Shown: in pieces, positions 52,177-64,000 of the stretch
How positions within the stretch are numbered: the stretch's first letter is position 1
How the letters are laid out: each line of letters opens with the position of its first letter
From: Priapulus caudatus
Lineage: Eukaryota
NCBI RefSeq assembly: GCF_000485595.1
Contig: NW_014577062.1
Span: 125,887-189,886, forward strand
Direction of reading: 5' to 3'
DNA: 64,000 bases
The notes under the pieces: generated by a model
Told to the model about the DNA's origin: nothing
The model's input: the letters and a program-made list of their open reading frames with translations, nothing else
Databases searched by the model: none
Program-made: the position numbers and the translations under genes

Positions 52177-54432
52177 TACACTACTATTCTTTGCCTAGCT
52201 TGAGGTGAGGTGCAATTCCCAAAGAAATACGCAGTGTCAAGACCGGTTAATAAAGCTTATATGTGACCCAATCTGGCAAAATGAGTCAGAGTGACCCAAA
52301 ACATGAACATTACATTATCTTGTACGGTATTCGATTGCTGATGGCAGATGCTCATTTGAAGTTTGTATTATGTCAATAATTATTCCAAACCAAAATATAG
52401 AAAAAGGCAAAAAAATTTAAGGATACGTACCTGTACAGCTTTTGCACTGGTATTGATCTAATGAAGAGTAAACGTTTATTGACAAGTGAATCGAATCAAT
52501 CATGCGTTTTATTTATAGATGGGATGTATGTCTATGCTCAAGCAGAGAAAATTCCATAAAATTTCCAGCACCTAATTAAGTGACAACACAAATTTTATGT
52601 AAAAATGGAATTTTTGATATTTCTCAATGGTAGTGTGGAAGCAAAATTTAAGCCACAAGTTAAGCACAATATGTACCAAAATAACGCATCACGATTTTTC
52701 GTCGTTTCATATTTACCGAAAAAAATGAAAAAACTGCCAAAAAATCAAGTTGTATGTTCAAAATTTAATTAAATTAAAATTTAATTTAATTCGAATTTTT
52801 TTGCGAATAAATAAGCATTTAACTAATTAAATACGGTACCTAATATCAATCACTGGCGTGCTTTTTGACAGCATTATATATTGCCATAATATGATGTTGC
52901 CGTAAGCGAATGTAAAATTTAATTATTCCGAGTTGTAATCACAGAGAAATATCCATTTATACATCGGCTACTGTGACAAAAATCGAAACGCAGAAATCAG
53001 CGTTTTTATATTTTTCACAACGATCAACCGCCTGTGTGCGAAATGGGTCAATGTATTTGAAACATCTAATGTTAGTACTTACTGCGACATATCCATGACT
53101 AAAACTGCAACCACTAAATTGGTAAAATGTTCTATGCACCTTGAGAAATTGTAAGAATGGTTGTGTTTTGTAACCGGCTACTCTTGATTGCATCTCAACG
53201 CCACCAATTATACATGTGTATTGTGTGTACATACATGTGTGTGTTATAGAATAGCTGTGGGTCGCTGCACAGGTGCGTGGGCAATGAGAATGCTCTGAAA
53301 GTTCACATGCATCAGCATATATGGAGAAATGAGTGTGTACAGAGGTGGCCCCTAGTGTGAGCGATTGTATAAGAATGAAAACAAGAAATCGATAAAATTT
53401 CCTGGAAAAGCTGGACAGTAACTTTAGTTTGGGGAATGAATGTGATGAAACCTTTTCTACAACTCCTTAGCAATGATAGGGTTACACTTGTTTGATTAAA
53501 ACCAAACTTGGCACAACACTTAAAGCCGCACAATGCACATCAAAACGCTAATTTCTCCAGTACTAGACTAGCAAATATTTCGTGTCATGCATAATCACAC
53601 TACCTTATGACAAAATAAACTCTAGTTCCTCCCATTTCACTGCGCGTTTGCTTATAAAAGGTATTTGAAAATACCTCCAATGTTGTTCAAATTCTCCGAT
53701 GTTGTTGACAGTTTCCCCAAGCAACCGTGCTGTCCGTGCAGCGGTGCTGCGGTACAGCGGTACGGGTGTAGCAAAGATAAAAACATGTGACGTCAGCTCA
53801 CCACTTCGAGGCTAAATTGTTTGGCAAACAAGTCGGCGTTTGCGCCAGAATGCCAGTTTTCTCACCTCTTTCTTGTGGGTTTCAAGCAAACGCGCAGTGA
53901 AATGGGCAGGGAGCAACTAGAGTTTATTTTGTAATAAGGTAGTGTGATTATGCATGACACGAAGTATTTGCTAGTCTAGTACTGGAGAAATTAGCATTTG
54001 GATGCGCATTGTGCGGCTTTAAGTATACCAAAAACAATAATTTCACAAACACTAGTATTTAATTTGACTTTCAATTTTTTTAAATGGAGATAATTTCGGC
54101 ATTTTCTTTCATTGTTTTCGGAAATTCTATGCAGGTTAGTGAGGGATAGGGTCCACAAAATGTTAAATTTGAACATTATATCTATCACTGTGGACTTTGA
54201 GACTTTGGCAGGTGAAAATTGAGTATCACATCTATTCAAATTAATTAAAAACGAAAAATCGTTAAATAATCAATCGTTTAGCCTGTAGGCAAAAATCGCT
54301 AATTGAGACTTCCGACTCATTTTGCCAGATCCTGTCAGCACCTACATAAGCTTTAGTAACCGGTGTAGCAGCGTGTTTCTTTGGGAATTGCAACTCACCT
54401 CAAGCTAGGCAATGCAAAGAATAGTAGTGTAG
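52177..54432. mobile_element. 2.25-kb element bounded by ~120-bp imperfect inverted repeats
   Basis: 52177-52295 is the reverse complement of ~54312-54432; no ORF; contains nested MITE. Confidence 0.75.
53524..54018. mobile_element. Kolobok-like MITE nested in the 52177-54432 element
   Basis: TTAA|AGCCGCAC ... GTGCGGCT|TTAA, ~130-bp TIRs. Confidence 0.85.
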
Positions 54433-54452
54433 GTCCACAACAATATACAGTA

Positions 54453-54832
54453 ACTAGCAGGATATCCGGCGTTGCCCAGGGAAATCAGTGGCGTTACTCA
54501 GCTGGTGACTGCTTGGTTGAAAAGTAAATACCCTAAAAAATCTACATCCGGAATCCCGGTGTAGGAGACGGATGTTCTAGCGATTAGGCCACTGCGACAT
54601 TAAGGGTATACACCATGGGGATTCACACGTAATCTGTACGCACCGCCATCTATTGATGAATAGAATTTTTATCAATTTTTAACTTTTTAACTTTTTTAAA
54701 TTTTTGTTTCAGCCAGAACCACCTCCCAGACGTGCTGATTCTGAATATATCTTTAGTTTTCCTCTAGGCTGCGGAGTTCTCTAGTTATGCGAGTACGAAC
54801 TAATTCGGCTAAACAACTTTATATAGATAGAT
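54453..54832 (-). mobile_element. Short non-autonomous Helitron
   Basis: Minus strand begins TCTATCTATATAAAG and ends with GC hairpin ctgggcaacgccgg followed by CTAG|T. Confidence 0.7.
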
Positions 54833-57296
54833 AATTATCTANNNNNNNNNNTCGGACTAGTGGGTTTTCGGACTATGGGCCGTCGACTAGCGAGCAGTCA
54901 CCTGTCACTTGATATAACATAGTGAATCACACAACATGAAGCTTGTCATGTCAAATGAACATTTCACCATATTTTGATTACACGATGGCCGCCTACTTAA
55001 TTACTGGTAAGTAAGTGGAACACTTGCATTCCCTACACAAGCATTTTACCTCACCCTCAATCTAAATTGCAGTTAAGCTACGATAACAAGCGACATGTCC
55101 AAAGTGATTAGATACGGTACTCGGTTATGACACTTACATATAGGCCTACAGTAGGCCCCCTAGTGCCAAAATGGCGGTAACGACTACGTTGCTACTGTAG
55201 GCCTAAACTGAACGTGAGGAGTGGAAACATTCAATATCGGGCATATTACAAACGAAACAATTATAAAGGGCACATGCGCCAGAACTTAGGAGCCATCCTT
55301 GCGCTTACAGGTGGGAGTTGTGGCAAAGTACACACCGGCAGCAAACACAATAATAATAATTAATATTCTAATATAATATATACGACCGAGCAGTCGCATT
55401 ATATTGCGCATTATATTCATTACGGTACTGTAGTAGGGACATAGTCACGATACTGTATAGTAAAGTATTTTCAGTCTCAGCTCAAATCTTGCAGTAGACA
55501 CTACACGGTTAATATTCTCACCTTAGACACTTAGAGTAGTGTACTCACTCGGTAAGTGTTTGCCATTCGATGAAGATCCAGGCATTCTACTCCTTTGGCT
55601 TTGAAATGCAGGAGATGTTCCTGCTTCTGGCTCGGCCTCTCTCAACACAGACGCGTACCTCTATGTGCGTGCCATAGGATATATTTTTCTAACTTCTGGT
55701 CGAAGATGGCGCTAAGATGAATAGACTTGAAATACTTTATATTAACTGTAATGTCCATGTGTTAGGGGACATGTTGCCATCTATGTACTGAAGCAAGGCA
55801 GGGAACTGCCGTTATGGCGTGAAACTCGGGAAGTTTTATTGTACTCGGTAGTAGCAGAGGAGTAAACCCCATATGTGCGTCTCTGGTGTAAACTGTGCTG
55901 TTGCTGTGAATACTGGCTTAAAAGTAAATGCTTTGCTTTGTATGCGAGGCAACACCGGCAAAACAACGCAGGAGATGTGCTCTTAGATGTCGTCGTCCAG
56001 CGGCAGTGGAACAGATACAAGGGCTAAAGTAATACACTACACTAAACGAATCATATATGTTACTATGTTTCTCAAAGTTTGCTTCTTCTAGTCTAGAAAC
56101 TCGGCCACTGACCGCCCAACTCTGCCCTCTAACCGTAACCTTTGTCCAATTAGTTTTTAGCTCATCTGACATAGTCAGAGCAGCTTGTAGAATCGCTTGA
56201 TCGTCCGTCCGATCGATCCGTGGTCCGGGCGTCAACAGTTGGGCACAAATCTTAAACCGCTCGACGTACGTCACGATATTCGGGACGTCGGGGGGGATCG
56301 TCAAAACGAGTTGGGATGTCGAAGCTGGGGTCAAAGGTCAAAAGGTCAAGGGGTGTAAAAGAAGGGAGGAACATTCCCTCCTTAACTTAAGGTATAGGAG
56401 GAAATGCAGAAATGCGGCACAAACTAAACGGCTCGACCTGGCTCGTGATAGTCGGTGTATAGCATCATGTAGGAAAAGCCATCACTGTGCCGAAATTGGA
56501 GGTCACAGGTCAAAGGTCAGTGGGCACAGAGGCAGTATTTTAGACATTTTCTGAGGACATGTGTGACGGAAGCGATGGAAAATTTTTTGTTTTAGCGGTG
56601 ACTTAGCATTTTATGGTGTATGAAGGACTGAAATGTCCCTTCTGCTGACGTGCGAAGAGTAAGTGTCGGGATTAACCTTGACCCTCAAGAGGAGGGTTAA
56701 ACTTGGATTGTTGACTGTCTGTTAGAAAGATTTGAATGCCGGGTTTGCTAGTAGAATCTATACATGCCTGGATGTATGAGGCTACAATGTACAGTGAAAT
56801 TCAAAAGCGTAAATTTGGTTAAGAATGTATATTCCTTAAACTGATTAATTTCTTATGTCATTCTGTACTGTCAGTATGTTACATGTAACGTATGCCAATG
56901 CCAGTGGCTTGATGTGTTGGGGCAGTTTTTGCCTGCATTAATTGGTGCAGCTGGCAGCTCTCTATGAATTGTCAGCCTGAGGCTTGCGTAGGTAAATGAT
57001 GAGTGTTACCTAGATTTCTGCTCTTGCAAATAGTTGTTGCTATTACGAATAGATGGGAGCTTCCATCTTTAATCTGAAGACACTTAAACGTACGCGCCAT
57101 CTCGTGGCAACTTTCATAACGATCCCCAACGAACATTCTTTTGAGAAGGTTCTGATACCAGATCCTGTGCATTCCACTGTTTCGGCGTGTATGTGAACAC
57201 ATTTGGGACTAACAGGGTTTACTAGATGCCTCCACTCCACCACAGAGTCACCGCCCAGTAGACGTTAAATGAGCGCTTGTCGTATGCGGCCTTGTT

Positions 57297-57695
57297 GTTT
57301 TTTTAGATTTATTATTTTGATAATTACTAAAGCATACATTATTACATCGATAACAGCATAAGAATAATAAAAATGCAGCTAGAAAATTATCGGAGGATGA
57401 AACACAAAAGCGTGGCTAACACACTTATTTCCATTGTGGTCCAACATATTATACATTGTACATACTAAATATAAACTATAGCAAATATATACCCACGATC
57501 CCCAAAATTTCTTAGTGATACAGTGTTACAGTACAAAACATTGAAACAGCATAAAGAAAAAAAATATACAAAAAACAAAACAAAAAAACTTCAGCATAGT
57601 ATGTACAAGTAAGAGTGATTAAGGTAAGTGTTGAGCAGTTAAAAAGAGAAAAAAAGAAAAATAGAAGCTTCTTGAGGTGATACAATACAAAACTA
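57297..57695 (-). mobile_element. 3' end of a CR1/L2-group LINE
   Basis: Minus strand YHLKKLL-like ORF end, ggaccacaatggaaataag stem-loop region, AATAAA and A tail; second copy at 60293-60448. Confidence 0.6.
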
Positions 57696-57697
57696 TG

Positions 57698-58117
57698 GAA
57701 GCCCTGAAACGACACCAGCTTTCTGAGTTCCGATTGCTAGTTTCTTCTGCGCGTACACAACACCTGCAGCAGGGACAATAGAACACTAATATGGACATTA
57801 CTTAAAATATGGATACAATAAATATATGAAGAAAGCATGCGTAGATGAAACTCAGAAACTCGGAAACTCAGAAACCAGAAACTCGGAAATTCGAAAACTC
57901 GGAAACTCAAAGTCGTAGTCGTTTAGGGCTGAAGCGCTGAAGCAGAGACAATAGACACTAATAAATAGAACAACAATAAATAGGATATAATAAAATATAT
58001 GAAAAGGCATGCGCAGATGCAACTTAGAACCAGGAACCGGAAACTCGGAAACTCGGAAACTCAGAAATCAGAACCAAAACTCGGAAACTCAAAAAAGTCG
58101 ATGTCGTTTCAGGGCTC
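57698..58117. mobile_element. MITE-like element with cggaaact 8-bp repeats
   Basis: agccctgaaacgaca / tgtcgtttcagggct inverted ends; internal ~180-bp duplication. Confidence 0.55.
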
Positions 58118-58260
58118 ATACAAAAGACAGAGACAGATTTGTTTCTGAGCAGTCGAGTTGCTGCTGGGCTGTAGAACCAGCCATTACGAATGCTCGGGAC
58201 CAACTATACTCCAGCCATGTCAGCGGAACTATGTATTTTGCACGTGGGAGGGGTGGGCGG

Positions 58261-58701
58261 CAGGGTTCTCCCTACGTTGCGCAAACGGGCGCGCGCCCCC
58301 CCGTTCTCGGAAAACTCCCCCTTTTTCAATCGTTGCGCCCCGTTTAAATTACTCCGCCGCCGATTAAATTCCACCACAATAAAGTTTGACAGCGCGGAAA
58401 TCGATCGTCAAGAATTCCAATTGGACCAGGACCACCACGCGTTATTTTTAACGATACCACGCATGCACCTGCAGACACTCAAGTACAAACAGCAAACCTG
58501 TCCCGAACACAACTAACTGTACACCGACTCGGCTATCTTATAATACAAGAAACCAAATACCGTCTATGGGTGTGGTGGCGATTTTGACGCATTAATTAGT
58601 GGTACGGTAAAAACACGCCCCCCGGACCCCTAGTTTTTCCTCCCTTCCCCTCCACCCCCTCCCCTCCCCCCCTGTTTCATTTCATCCTGGGGAGAACCCT
58701 G
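58261..58701. mobile_element. hAT-like MITE
   Basis: CAGGGTTCTCCC / GGGAGAACCCTG; flanking GGCGG duplicated. Confidence 0.75.
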
Positions 58702-58816
58702 GGCGGGTTGTGTTGGTTTGGACAAAAAACATTGTTGTTGTAAAGAACAAATAATAATAGTAATTTGTTCATCTTCATGACAAAACTAATATTACAATCT
58801 TTTTTGATCACATTAA

Positions 58817-59402
58817 ATGGCGACAGTACTCTAGGATTTTTACTGCATACCAACTTACTTAACGTATAACAAATCGTCTACTACCACAGTGTATTGTTCA
58901 CCAGATACTTAATAATTATTTACAGATCAACGCTACGAAATTTGAAGCGGCGCCATGACACCCGCGACCGTGCTGCCACCCTGAAAAAGTTGCGTATTTG
59001 CATTTTATTTTGCAGGTAAATGCCGGAGGCTAATCACAAAAGTGCAATTATATTTATACTAAATGCTATTTAAGCGAACGATATTCATTTTAGGGCAAAT
59101 TATCCATATTATACATGAAACTATATTGCGTTTTAAGATATTACAATCCTTTTGCTTTTAAATGAAAAAAATAAGAAATACCCTCGGTCTGTAGCCCTTG
59201 GCTGGAAAGTGGTATTTGCCCGCAACTTCTCAGATCGTGCGTTTGAGTGGCGCCACCGTCGTTGTAATCAAACTGTAGTCTCTTAGTTTTAAACATTTAA
59301 AAAAATATTTCTAATGGTGATTGAACCATGAAAGTTTTTATGTAGCGCAATTATAACCAAATTAGCTGAAAATAACCCTAGAACCTAGAGGCTACTGTTC
59401 CT
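58817..59402. mobile_element. Kolobok-like non-autonomous element, copy 2
   Basis: TTAA flanks; colinear with 3937-4538. Confidence 0.8.
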
Positions 59403-60163
59403 TTAATTTGTTACTTGACAACAACAATGTTTTTGTCTCCAACCAACCCAGCCTGCCCACCCTCACGTGCGGGAAATACATAGTTCCCGCTGACTGGCGC
59501 TGCTGCAGCGCGCCAGCAGAATGTGTGGGAAGTTCGCAAAATCGAATGTTTGGTTTACAAGAAAACCGCAAGTATACTATTGCAACGATAGTTAGAGGTT
59601 AAGTTTTAGTAGCTGATATAACTTAAGACATATTCACTTCGGATAAGAGAGGCATTAATTGCCTACCACAGACGTTTTATAGGCGGGTATAAGCGTGCTT
59701 AAGTTGGTCCCGCGCATCCCTAATGGCTCGTTCTATAGCCCAGCGGAAGTTAATGTAAGCGGGCTATAGTACTAGAGCTAGTGATAGTGCGTCAACAATT
59801 GGCTTCTTTCTATTTTTTTTTGCCAGCTTTCATTTCATTCAAGTGCATTTGAGAGCATAATAATGATCATGCACAACTTAGGAAAAATGTGTCTTGATAA
59901 ATTTAGTACCATTTCTTTTTTAACATGTTTTTTTTTCCAGACCCCCTTCGCATGCTCGCTACTAGTGTACACCCACATTTCAAAATGAAATTGCGCGCAT
60001 GGCGGAACGTACTCTGGTAACTATTTGATATGGTTAGGGTTAGGGAGTAGGCGTAGGCGACTCCCTAGACTCGTTAGTGGAGTAGGCGAGGTACGGTCAG
60101 GCATATTAGATAGTACCAGGGTACGTTCCGGCAGTACTAGGAAAATAATCTATATATATAAAA

Positions 60164-60166
<3 letters not shown>

Positions 60167-60249
<83 letters not shown>

Positions 60250-60284
60250 TTTTCTCTTTCTCTTTCTCTCTCTCTCTCTCTCTC
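60167..60284. repeat. (CT)n microsatellite
   Basis: Direct reading; other (CT)n at 12672-12710, 18475-18600, 29093-29137. Confidence 0.97.
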
Positions 60285-61747
60285 AATGTTATAAAACACA
60301 AAAAGCGTGGCTAACACACTTATTTCCATTGTGGTCCAACCATCCTCGATAATTTTCTAGCTGCATTTTATTTATTTATGCTGTTATCGATGTAATAATG
60401 TATGCTTTAGTAATTATCGAAATAAATAAATCTAAAAAAACAAAAAAACTAAGGTTGGACAAAGGTTACGGTTAGAGGGCAGAGTTGGGCGGTCAGTGGC
60501 CGAGTTTCTAGAACTAGAAGAGCAAACTTTTGAGAAACATAGTAATCATATAATGATATACGTTTAGTGTAGTGTATTACTATTAGCCCTTGTATCTGTT
60601 CCACTGCCGCTGACGACGACATCTAAGAGCACACCTCCCTGCGTTGTTTTGCGGTGTTGCCTCGCATACAAAGCAACAGCATTTACTTTTAGCACAGTAT
60701 TAGCACAGCAACAGCACAGTTTACACCAGAGACGCACATATGGGGTTTACTCCTCTGCTACTACCGAGTACTTCCCGAGTTCTACCGATACAAACTTCCC
60801 GAGTTTCACGCCTAACGGCAGTTCCTGCCTTGCTTCAGTAACATAGATGGCAACATGTCCCCTAACACATGGGACATATACAGTTAATAAAGAGATATTT
60901 CAAGTCTATTCATCTTTAGCGCCATCTCTCGACCAGAAGTTAGAAAAATATATACAATGGCACGCACATAGAGGTACGCTGGTTGTGAGAGAGGCAGAGC
61001 CAGAAGCAGGACATCTTCCTGCATTTCAAAGCCAAAGGAGTAGAATGCCTGGATCTTCATCGAATGGGCAAACACTTACGCCGAGTGAGTACACTACTCT
61101 AAGTGTCTAAGGTGAGAATATTAACCTGTGAGTGTCTACTGCTAGATTTGAGCTGAGACTGAAAATACTTTTACTATACATGTATGTGACTATGTCCCTA
61201 TCTACAGTACCGGTAATGAATATAATGCGCAATATAATGCGACTGCTCGGGTCGTATATTATTATATTAATATTAATTATTATTATTGTGTTTGCTGCCG
61301 TGTGTACTTTGCCACAACTCCCACTGTAAGCGCAAGGATGGCTCCTAAGTTCTGGCGCATGTGCCCTTTATAATTGTTTCGTTTGTAACTATGCCCGATA
61401 TTGAATGTTTCCACTCCTCACGTTCAGTTTAGGCCTACAGTAGCAACGTAGTCGTTACCGCCATTTTGGCACTAGGGGGCCTACTGTAGGCCTATATGTA
61501 AGTGTGCTACCGAGTACCGTATCTAATCACTTTGACATGTCGCTTGTTATCGTAGCTTAGCTGCAATTTAGAGTGAGGGTGAGGTAAAATGCTTGTGTAG
61601 GGAATGCAAGTGATTCCACTTACTACCCAGTAATTAAGTAGGGGCCATCGTGTAATCAAAACATGGTGAAAATTCATTTGACATGACAAGCTTCATGTTG
61701 TGTTGATATCACTATTTATATCAAGTGACATTGTCATTGTAGACTTC

Positions 61748-62099
61748 CAGGGCTGCCAACATTGGGTGATAGGTGAGAGTGAGATGCGAGGGAGCGAAGC
61801 GACCGAGGGGGCCGGGTGTGGGAAGGGGGTTTCCCCCCTCCCACGGTAGGGAGCTTTTGCATTTTGTAACTTTAATTTGTGCAATTTGGTGCATACTAAA
61901 GTGACTGTTTTCAGATATTGTAAGATTTTTTTGCTGTGCGTGAGATATTTCAGCGTTTTATTCATGAAGAGATATTCATGCGTGAGATATCTCAGCATTT
62001 TTTTGCTGTGCGTGAGATATTGTTAGATCAGCGTGAGACCGTGAGATTTGGTCAAAATGCGTGAGTCTCACGGTCAATGCGTGAGAGTTGGCAGCCCTG
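61748..62099. mobile_element. hAT-like MITE
   Basis: CAGGGCTGCCAAC / GTTGGCAGCCCTG, GACTTC duplicated, subterminal gcgtgaga repeats. Confidence 0.82.
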
Positions 62100-62248
62100 G
62101 ACTTCTGCTGTCGCTTACAATTAGTGTGCAATCACCTTTCTTTTAACCCAAATGTAATTGCCACTCCCATAAAATTGGAATCGATAAAATTCTTCCACCC
62201 TACCTCTCTACGTTGTCATGTCATACACATAGTTAATGTTGTGTGCAG

Positions 62249-64000
62249 ATTCGGCCGTTGGGGAAGATGCGACTATGACGACAAAGGGAGCCACACAAGA
62301 TTTGGTGAATCCTGACGACGGGTCAAGGTCAAGTTTGTCTGAGGACGAAGTGGGACTAACGTCGGCCGACGAACGAGCGAGCCGGTCGAGCCGAGAGGGC
62401 GAGGTGTCGCGCGCAATGGCCGACATGCTGCGTGATGTCGCCACAGATTGCGAGAGCGGCGGCAAGAGCCGACCGACGAGTTCGTTCCTGTACGAGGACG
62501 ACGAGGTGTCGTTTGTCGTGCCTGCTGGCCACGAGGACGAGCACGATGGCAGCGCAGCGGCGGACGGCGAGGCCTGCGACCGTGACGTCTCCGAGAAGGC
62601 AGGTTTGCTCGCGAGCGAGGGCGCGGCGAGGGCGCACCACCTCACCGCGCTGAAGGAGAACATCCAGACGGAGTTGCCGCTCAAGAGGCAGAAGGCGCGC
62701 AAGAGTTTTCCAAGCGCAGGCCTGCGGTCGAAGACGGAGTCGGCGCAGGAGGTGAAGATGCGCATGCAGCAGAGCGTCGTCGAGCGTGACGGCGCGGAGA
62801 ACGCGCGCGCGGTGGCGCTAGCGCAGCGCGCTGAACTCGAGAACATCGTCGACCTGTCGCTCGACCTCGAGCACTTTCGATCGGTCGGCTTGCTGGGCTT
62901 TGCCTCGTCGTTTCCGATGGATCGGCTCTTTGCTCGGCTGCAGTTGCCTGCCGCTGCCCCTGCTCAGCCGGTCAAGCGCAAACGTATTCGCTTTGGTGTG
63001 TACTCCCTGCAGAACCAGCAGCGGAAACGCAGACTCAACAAGAGATTGCGCAGCCTCAGCCTCCAGCAGCAGCAGGGGGAGACTCTAGAGACTGAGACTG
63101 ATGCTTCGTGTTCCGAGGCCGTCGACGCGGTAGCAGACGCAGCGTGCGAACAAGGTGACATCACATCGTTGGTCAGCAAGGAAGAAAAAGTTGCTGGGGT
63201 AACGCATAACAGTGGAGATGCTGCCGGGCGTACCAGTGAGGAGGGAGAGGTTGCGGGGCTTCCTGAAGATAGGGGCGAGTTTGAAGAGCTAGTTCACATA
63301 AATACAGAAGTAGTAGAAGCTTCACCCAAGGAAGAGCAGGAGCTCGGATGTAAGCAGAAAGAGGTTACAGAAACAGTTCCATTTCTAAAGTCACCTGGCA
63401 CATTGAAGGTAGGGACAGTTTCATATGTGCACCAGGGTGCGAAATTAACGGGAGTCCGGAGTCAAATACTCCCTGATTTAGTGTGGGACTCCCTGATTTG
63501 ACATATGCAGGAGTCCGTGTGACTCCCTGAAAATTCTGCCGTACTAACTAGTCCGTTCCGGAGCACGGCCTTGCGGAATTACTGTATTTGTTCAGCTAAT
63601 GTCCAAAGAAAATTTGGCAGATGTGCAACTGCATGAATCTTAAAAATAAGCACTTGCGTTATTGTTAATATCTTTAATTTTGAACCTCAGACTGCAGACT
63701 CTCTCATTTTGCTGCGGACTCCCTCTTTTTGAGTGTAGGGAGTCTGTTGGACTCCCTTGTTCAAAAGTTAATTTCTACCCCTGGAGCACACAATAACTCA
63801 TTCCTGCAAATATGGGGCTTATGAAGTGCCTGACAGTTCCAATTACTATTTATTGGCGATAAGTGATCTTTCAATTAAACTATTGTGCCTTTAATTGCCA
63901 TCCCAAGTGTTATCTTAATTGTTGTCCTTAAAAATCATCTTTGTTATAGGAGGAAGCAAACCAAGATGATTATATTGACACTTTCCAGCAGGAGACTGAC
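62249..64000 (+). CDS. Partial gene, probable histone H3K9 methyltransferase EHMT1/2 (G9a/GLP) N-terminal region
   Basis: Large GC-rich exon 62249-63408 (gtgcag acceptor, AAG|GTAGGG donor) and next exon 63950 to window end (EEANQDDYIDTFQQETD, in frame). KARKSFP and AAAPAQPVKRKRIRFGVYSL recall the EHMT1 motifs RARKTMP and AAAVSRKKKRRMGTYSL from memory; no ankyrin or SET domain lies within the window, so the coding call is firmer than the product call. Confidence 0.6.
63433..63783. mobile_element. hAT-like MITE 24 bp after the splice donor of the large exon
   Basis: CAGGGTGCGAAATTAAC / GTTAATTTCTACCCCTG, flanks GTGCAC / GAGCAC, subterminal actccc/gggagt motifs. Confidence 0.75.

Larger units (their letters stand above)
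54903..61730. repeat. Inverted duplication: 54903-56149 versus 60455-61730
   Basis: About 1.25 kb colinear in reverse complement, differing mostly by 1-nt indels. Confidence 0.92.

Noticed and set aside
54550..54600. tRNA-like A-box sequence on the minus strand
   Set aside because: No B box or cloverleaf; lies inside a Helitron remnant.
62236..63501. 421-aa ORF as a complete single-exon gene
   Set aside because: Starts at a non-ATG codon upstream of a splice acceptor and its last ~30 codons run past a donor into a MITE.

Overview
Intron-rich animal (invertebrate-type) genomic DNA from a draft assembly with four short N gaps; no prokaryotic features. Five spliced minus-strand genes were reconstructed by hand with GT-AG junctions and consistent phases: DDOST/OST48 (9 exons, embedded in a ~540-bp satellite array), a myosin regulatory light chain (7 exons), a tandem pair of secreted Spaetzle/neurotrophin-like cystine-knot precursors (5 coding exons each, only fragments visible in the ORF track), and NT5C2 (16 exons, three of them out of order in the assembly). 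A plus-strand gene resembling the N-terminus of EHMT1/2 (G9a/GLP) runs off the right edge. The remainder is dense with MITEs, Helitron/Helentron-type elements, Penelope, Harbinger and LINE fragments, microsatellites and several near-identical duplications, some probably assembly artefacts. The best candidate for new biology is the paralogous Spaetzle-like pair, with furin sites and a ninth cysteine at a different position in each protein.
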